This document shows positions 28,056-32,000 of a DNA stretch of 32,000 nt, piece by piece; within the stretch, counting starts at the first letter, position 1, and each line of letters starts with the position of its first letter. Where the stretch lies: assembly GCF_000284115.1 (NCBI RefSeq), contig NC_017080.1, forward strand, positions 2,250,001 through 2,282,000, read 5' to 3'. This DNA comes from Phycisphaera mikurensis NBRC 102666. Lineage in GTDB: Bacteria > Planctomycetota > Phycisphaerae > Phycisphaerales > Phycisphaeraceae. Both the position numbers and the translations under genes were made by a program. The notes under the pieces were generated by a model, which worked only from the letters and a program-made list of their open reading frames with translations, was not told where the DNA came from and searched no databases.

Positions 28056-29357
28056 TTGGCCATCCTTCTTTCCATCGGCGACGAGCTGGCCCTGGGCCAG
28101 ACCGTCGACACCAACACCGCCTTCATGGCCGCCGGCCTCGCGGAGCGCGGCGTGATGACGCGGATGCACCTCACGGTCGCCGACGAGCACGCCGCGCTCG
28201 CCGCGGCGTTCCGCCAGGCGGTGCGGCTCGAGGCCGCGTCGCCCGACCCCGCCCCGGGCCTGGTCATCGCCTCCGGGGGCCTGGGGCCGACCGAGGACGA
28301 TCTGACCCGCGAAGCCCTCGCCGAGGCGATGGGCGTGGGCCTCGGAACCGACGAGGAGGCGCTCGCGGCCGTGCGTTCGTTCTTCAGCGGCATCGGCAAG
28401 GCGATGCCGCCGCGCAACGAGATCCAGGCGCAGAAGCCGATCGGCAGCCGCTTCCTGCCCAACCCCCACGGCACCGCCCCCGGGATTCACGCGGTGATCG
28501 AGGGCGTCAACGTCTTTGTGACGCCCGGGGTGCCGCGGGAGATGCGGGCGATGTTCAGCGACGCGATCCTGCCGCTCGCGGTGCCCGACGACGACGGCGG
28601 CGGCGTGCTCGTCACGTCCAAGGTGGCGACCTTCGGCATGGGCGAGTCCGACGTCTCGCAGCGCCTCGCGGCGATCATGGCGCGCGGGCGAAACCCCACC
28701 GTCGGCACCACGGTCGCGGCGGGCTACTGCTCGGTGCGGCTGCGGGCCGAGGCGGCGAGCGGGCGCGAGGCGCGGGCGATGCTTGAGGCGGTGGCGGGCG
28801 AGGTGGAGGCGGCGCTGGGCCCGGTGTGCTTCGGCCGCGACGAGGAGACGCTGGAGAACGCGACCGTCACGCTGCTGCTGGAGAAGGGGCTGACGGTGAC
28901 GACGGCGGAATCGTGCACCGGCGGGCTCGTCTCGGAGATGCTCACGCGGGTGCCCGGCTCTTCGGGCTGCTGCCGCGGCGGCTGGGTGACGTACGACAAC
29001 GCGATGAAGAGCGCCGAGCTGGGGGTGGCCGCCGCCACGCTGGCGCAGCACGGCGCGGTGTCGGCCGAGGTGGTCAAGGAGATGGCCGAGGGGGCCCGCG
29101 AGCACGCGCGCTGCGACTTCGGGATCGCCCTCTCCGGCGTCGCTGGACCCGGCGGCGGGACCCAGGAGAAGCCGGTCGGCACCGTGTGGATCGCGCTCGC
29201 CGGCGGCGCCGGCGTCCGCGCCTGGCGGGGCCGCTTCCGCGGCGACCGGGCAACCGTCCGCGACCGCGCCGCCAAGTGCGCCCTGCAGCTGCTCCGCCTC
29301 CGCGTGCTCGGGGAGGACACCCGGAGCATCCAGTGGCTGCAACCGGAAGCGCCGTGA
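28056..29357 (+). CDS. cinA: CinA family (competence/damage-inducible, nicotinamide-nucleotide amidohydrolase-like)
   Basis: SIGDELALGQTVDTNTAFMAAGLAERG, IASGGLGPTEDDLTREALAE, TTAESCTGGLVSEMLTRVPGSS, ALSGVAGPGGGTQEKPVGTVWIAL. Confidence 0.96.
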   Translation: MAILLSIGDELALGQTVDTNTAFMAAGLAERGVMTRMHLTVADEHAALAAAFRQAVRLEAASPDPAPGLVIASGGLGPTEDDLTREALAEAMGVGLGTDEEALAAVRSFFSGIGKAMPPRNEIQAQKPIGSRFLPNPHGTAPGIHAVIEGVNVFVTPGVPREMRAMFSDAILPLAVPDDDGGGVLVTSKVATFGMGESDVSQRLAAIMARGRNPTVGTTVAAGYCSVRLRAEAASGREARAMLEAVAGEVEAALGPVCFGRDEETLENATVTLLLEKGLTVTTAESCTGGLVSEMLTRVPGSSGCCRGGWVTYDNAMKSAELGVAAATLAQHGAVSAEVVKEMAEGAREHARCDFGIALSGVAGPGGGTQEKPVGTVWIALAGGAGVRAWRGRFRGDRATVRDRAAKCALQLLRLRVLGEDTRSIQWLQPEAP

Positions 29358-30130
29358 ATCCGGCCCCGCCGCGACCCCCCGCCGGCCGCATCGACCTGCA
29401 CAGCCACCTGCTGCCGGGGCTGGACGACGGCTGCCGCAACCTCGCCGACAGCCTCGCCTGCGTCCGCGGCCTGCTCGCGATGGGCTACCGCGGCGCCGCC
29501 TGCACGCCGCACTTCTGGCCCGCGCAGTTCCCCGCGGTCTCCGCGGCGCTGGTGGCCGAGCGTGTGGCCGCTCTCCAGCGGGCGATCGATCGCGAAAAGC
29601 TGCTCTTCCGGGTGTGGCCCGGCGGCGAGGTGCGGCTGTTCGAGGACGCCGACAAGTGGATGAACCTCCACGGCTTCCCGATCCTCGGCGGGGCCGGCGG
29701 CGGCCGCACCGCGGTGCTGATCGACTCGTGGCGCGGCGACTGGCCGAGGCACTGCGACCGCACCGTCGACGCGATCCTCGCCCGCGGCCTGACCCCGGTG
29801 CTCGCTCACCCGGAGCGGAGCCCCACCCGCTTCGGCTTCGGCCGCCTTCTGGACCGCCTCGCCCGCCGCGGCGTGCTGCTGCAGGGCAACCTCCGGTCCT
29901 TCGGTGGCGGGGAGGGCCCCAGGGCGTTGTCGCTGGCGCGGAGCTTCCTCCGCGACGGCCGCTACGCCTGCGTCGCGTCGGACACGCACCGCGCCGAAGG
30001 GATCCAGGACCGCCGCCGCGGGCTGGAGGCGCTCGCCGATGAGACCGACGCCGACACCCTCCGCCGCCTCACCACCGACGCGCCCCGGCGGCTCCTGAAC
30101 CTCGACGCCGAGGACGCCGCCGGCGGATAA
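29354..30130 (+). CDS. PHP-family phosphatase (CpsB/YwqE tyrosine-protein phosphatase-like)
   Basis: RIDLHSHLLPGLDDGCRNLADSLACVRGLLAMGYRGAACTPHFW, PVLAHPERSPTRF, CVASDTHRAE. GTG start overlaps the cinA stop (GTGA). Confidence 0.85.
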   Translation: MNPAPPRPPAGRIDLHSHLLPGLDDGCRNLADSLACVRGLLAMGYRGAACTPHFWPAQFPAVSAALVAERVAALQRAIDREKLLFRVWPGGEVRLFEDADKWMNLHGFPILGGAGGGRTAVLIDSWRGDWPRHCDRTVDAILARGLTPVLAHPERSPTRFGFGRLLDRLARRGVLLQGNLRSFGGGEGPRALSLARSFLRDGRYACVASDTHRAEGIQDRRRGLEALADETDADTLRRLTTDAPRRLLNLDAEDAAGG

Positions 30131-30142
30131 GGTGGCTTCGCC

Positions 30143-30216
30143 GCCTCCGTAGCTCAGTTGGATAGAGCACGGCTTTCCTAAAGCTGAGGTCGGAGGTTCG
30201 AGCCCTCCCGGAGGCA
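30143..30216 (+). tRNA. tRNA-Arg (anticodon CCT)
   Basis: 74 nt cloverleaf: GCCTCCG/CGGAGGC acceptor, GCTCAGTTGGATAGAGC D-arm, CGGCT-TTCCTAA-AGCTG anticodon arm, GGAGG-TTCGAGC-CCTCC T-arm, discriminator A; CCA not encoded. Confidence 0.97.
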
Positions 30217-30234
30217 TCCTCCGCGACTCGCGCA

Positions 30235-30250
30235 CCGGGCCGTTGCCCGG
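30235..30250 (+). terminator. Possible terminator hairpin after the tRNA
   Basis: CCGGGC-cgtt-GCCCGG 6-bp stem 18 nt after tRNA end; no U tract. Confidence 0.3.
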
Positions 30251-30386
30251 GCGTCACGCCGCTGGCGGGGTGGCGGTCGCCGCGGGCGGCGCCGACGGTG
30301 CCGGCGTCGGTGCCCGGATCCGCGTTCTCGCGGCTCGCCCCGAGCGCGGCGTGACACGGGACGGGCTGCTCATCGCCCGTGCCGGT

Positions 30387-31559
30387 TCACGGCGTCAGGA
30401 CGACCTTGATGCAGCCGTCGGTCTTGTTCTTGAAGCGGTCGTAGGCGGCGGGCGCCTCGTCGAGGCTCGCGTGGTGGGTGATGACGAACGACGGGTCGAT
30501 CTCGCCGTCGACGACCTTCTGCATCAGCGGCTCGAGGTACCGCTGCACGTGCGTCTGCCCCATCTTGAACTGCAAGCCCTTGTTCATCGCGGCGCCCCAG
30601 GCGAGGTCGACCTTGCCGAAGTAGACGCCCGGGCAGCTGACCTTGCCGCCCTTGCGGCAGCAGCGGATGATCTCGTTGAGCACGTTCGGCCGGTCGCTGC
30701 CCAGGTGCAGCGCCGTCTTCGCGTCCTCGAGCGTGTCGGCGACGAGGCCGCCGGCGTGGTTCTCCGCCCCGACGCCGTCGACGCAGCAGTCGGGCCCGCG
30801 GCCGCCGGTCATCTCCTGCAGCCGCTCGTAAACGTCCTCCTGAGAGAAGTCGATCGTCTCGGCGCGGCCGTGCGTCCGCGCCATCTCCAGCCGCTCGGGC
30901 ACGCGGTCGATGGCGATCACGCGGCCGGCGCCCAGCATCCACGCGCTCTGCATGACGAACTGTGCCACGGGGCCGCAGCCCCAGACCGCGACGGTCTCGC
31001 CCTCCTGGATGTCGCAGTTCTCCGCGGCCATGTAGCCGGTCGGGAAGATGTCCGACAGCAGCACGACCCGGTCGTCGCTGAGGTCCTCGGGCACCTTGAT
31101 CGGCCCGGTGCGGTCGGCGAAGGGCACCCGCAACGCCTCGGCTTGGCCGCCGGCGTAGCCGCCGAGCATGTGCGTGTAGCCGAGCATGCCCGAGGGCGTG
31201 TGGCCCATCTGCTTCTGCGCCATCTCCGCGTTGGGGTTGGTGTTGTCGCAGAGCGAGAACCGCGTGGACGCGCAGAAGAAGCAGCGACCGCACGCGAGCG
31301 TGAAGGGCACGACGACGCGGTCGCCCTTGGCCAGCCGCGTGACGGCGGAGCCCACCTCCTCCACGACGCCCATCGGCTCGTGGCCGATCACGTCGCCGTG
31401 CCGCATCGCCGGCGCGGCGCCGGTCATGATGTGCAGGTCGGAGCCGCAGATGCCCGAGGCGGTCACGCGGATCACCACGTCTCTCTCGTCCTCGATGCGG
31501 GCGTCGGGCACCTCGGTCGTGCGGATGTCGTTGCGGCCATGCCAGGTGACGGCTTTCAT
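30387..31559 (-). CDS. Zinc-dependent alcohol dehydrogenase (medium-chain, formaldehyde-dehydrogenase-like)
   Basis: [67 protein letters not shown] zinc-binding loop, [29 protein letters not shown]. Confidence 0.94.
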   Translation of the reverse strand: MKAVTWHGRNDIRTTEVPDARIEDERDVVIRVTASGICGSDLHIMTGAAPAMRHGDVIGHEPMGVVEEVGSAVTRLAKGDRVVVPFTLACGRCFFCASTRFSLCDNTNPNAEMAQKQMGHTPSGMLGYTHMLGGYAGGQAEALRVPFADRTGPIKVPEDLSDDRVVLLSDIFPTGYMAAENCDIQEGETVAVWGCGPVAQFVMQSAWMLGAGRVIAIDRVPERLEMARTHGRAETIDFSQEDVYERLQEMTGGRGPDCCVDGVGAENHAGGLVADTLEDAKTALHLGSDRPNVLNEIIRCCRKGGKVSCPGVYFGKVDLAWGAAMNKGLQFKMGQTHVQRYLEPLMQKVVDGEIDPSFVITHHASLDEAPAAYDRFKNKTDGCIKVVLTP

Positions 31560-31671
31560 CGGTGATCTCCGGTTCGGTGGCGGGCGAGCCGGAGCGGGTG
31601 CGCCGGCGCGGAGTGCTAGCGCATCGCTGGACTTGCGTCCACCGCGGACGCGGCAAAACCTGCACGGACCG

Positions 31672-32000
31672 TCAGGAAGCTGGAGGCCAGTGCGCGATCC
31701 TCGGCCACCCGTCCACGCTCCCGTTGAAGAAGTAGACCCACGCCTCCACCCGGTCCACGGGCGCCTTCTCCCGCCGGAAGAGGTGCGGCCGCGGGCAGCC
31801 GGCACCGCAGCCCTCCCAGGCGTCCAGCACCGGCCAGAGCTCCCGCGGACCGTGCACCTCGAAGAGCATCCCGGGCACGCGGTCCGCGGGCGTCGAAGCC
31901 GGGAGCAGCGCCGGCCAATCGCCGGCGTCGTGCAGGCGTCCGGCCACCCGAGCCGCGCCCAGCGCCCGCGTGTGTCGACGCATCGCGGCCGCCACCGCCG
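31672..32000 (-). CDS. Gamma-glutamylcyclotransferase (AIG2/GGCT)-like protein, N-terminus likely beyond window
   Basis: [24 protein letters not shown]...RVEAWVYFF matches the C-terminal part of the AIG2/GGCT fold; the frame is open to the window edge. Confidence 0.6.
   Translation of the reverse strand, partial: AVAAAMRRHTRALGAARVAGRLHDAGDWPALLPASTPADRVPGMLFEVHGPRELWPVLDAWEGCGAGCPRPHLFRREKAPVDRVEAWVYFFNGSVDGWPRIAHWPPAS

Overview
High-GC (roughly 70%+) bacterial chromosomal window. The style suggests a planctomycete of the Phycisphaera type, but that is inference only. I support 21 protein-coding genes and one tRNA-Arg(CCT). I saw no rRNA, CRISPR array or mobile element. Housekeeping and metabolic genes include a GH13 amylase (cut at the left edge), a ModA-like binding protein and modB, xseA, uvrB, a GH2 glycosidase, a five-domain S1-type protein (rpsA-like), a 3-methyladenine glycosylase, a DUF1611 protein, gap, a SRAP/YedK peptidase, cinA with a PHP phosphatase, and a zinc alcohol dehydrogenase. 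The most interesting region is a seven-gene co-directional minus-strand cluster at 2988..10561. Transcription order is: sugar-phosphate cyclase of the EboD/DHQS superfamily; variant HD-domain protein; Gfo/Idh/MocA oxidoreductase; MBL-fold protein with N-terminal zinc ribbon; YcaO-domain protein; GT4 glycosyltransferase; PIG-L deacetylase. Most junctions are overlapping start/stop codons. This looks like an unassigned small-molecule (cyclitol / glycoside / thiol-like) pathway that uses a YcaO without an obvious RiPP precursor. A second item is a PEP-CTERM-like secreted protein gene with two leader hairpins and a four-run G-quadruplex/slippage-prone tract just before its sorting tail.
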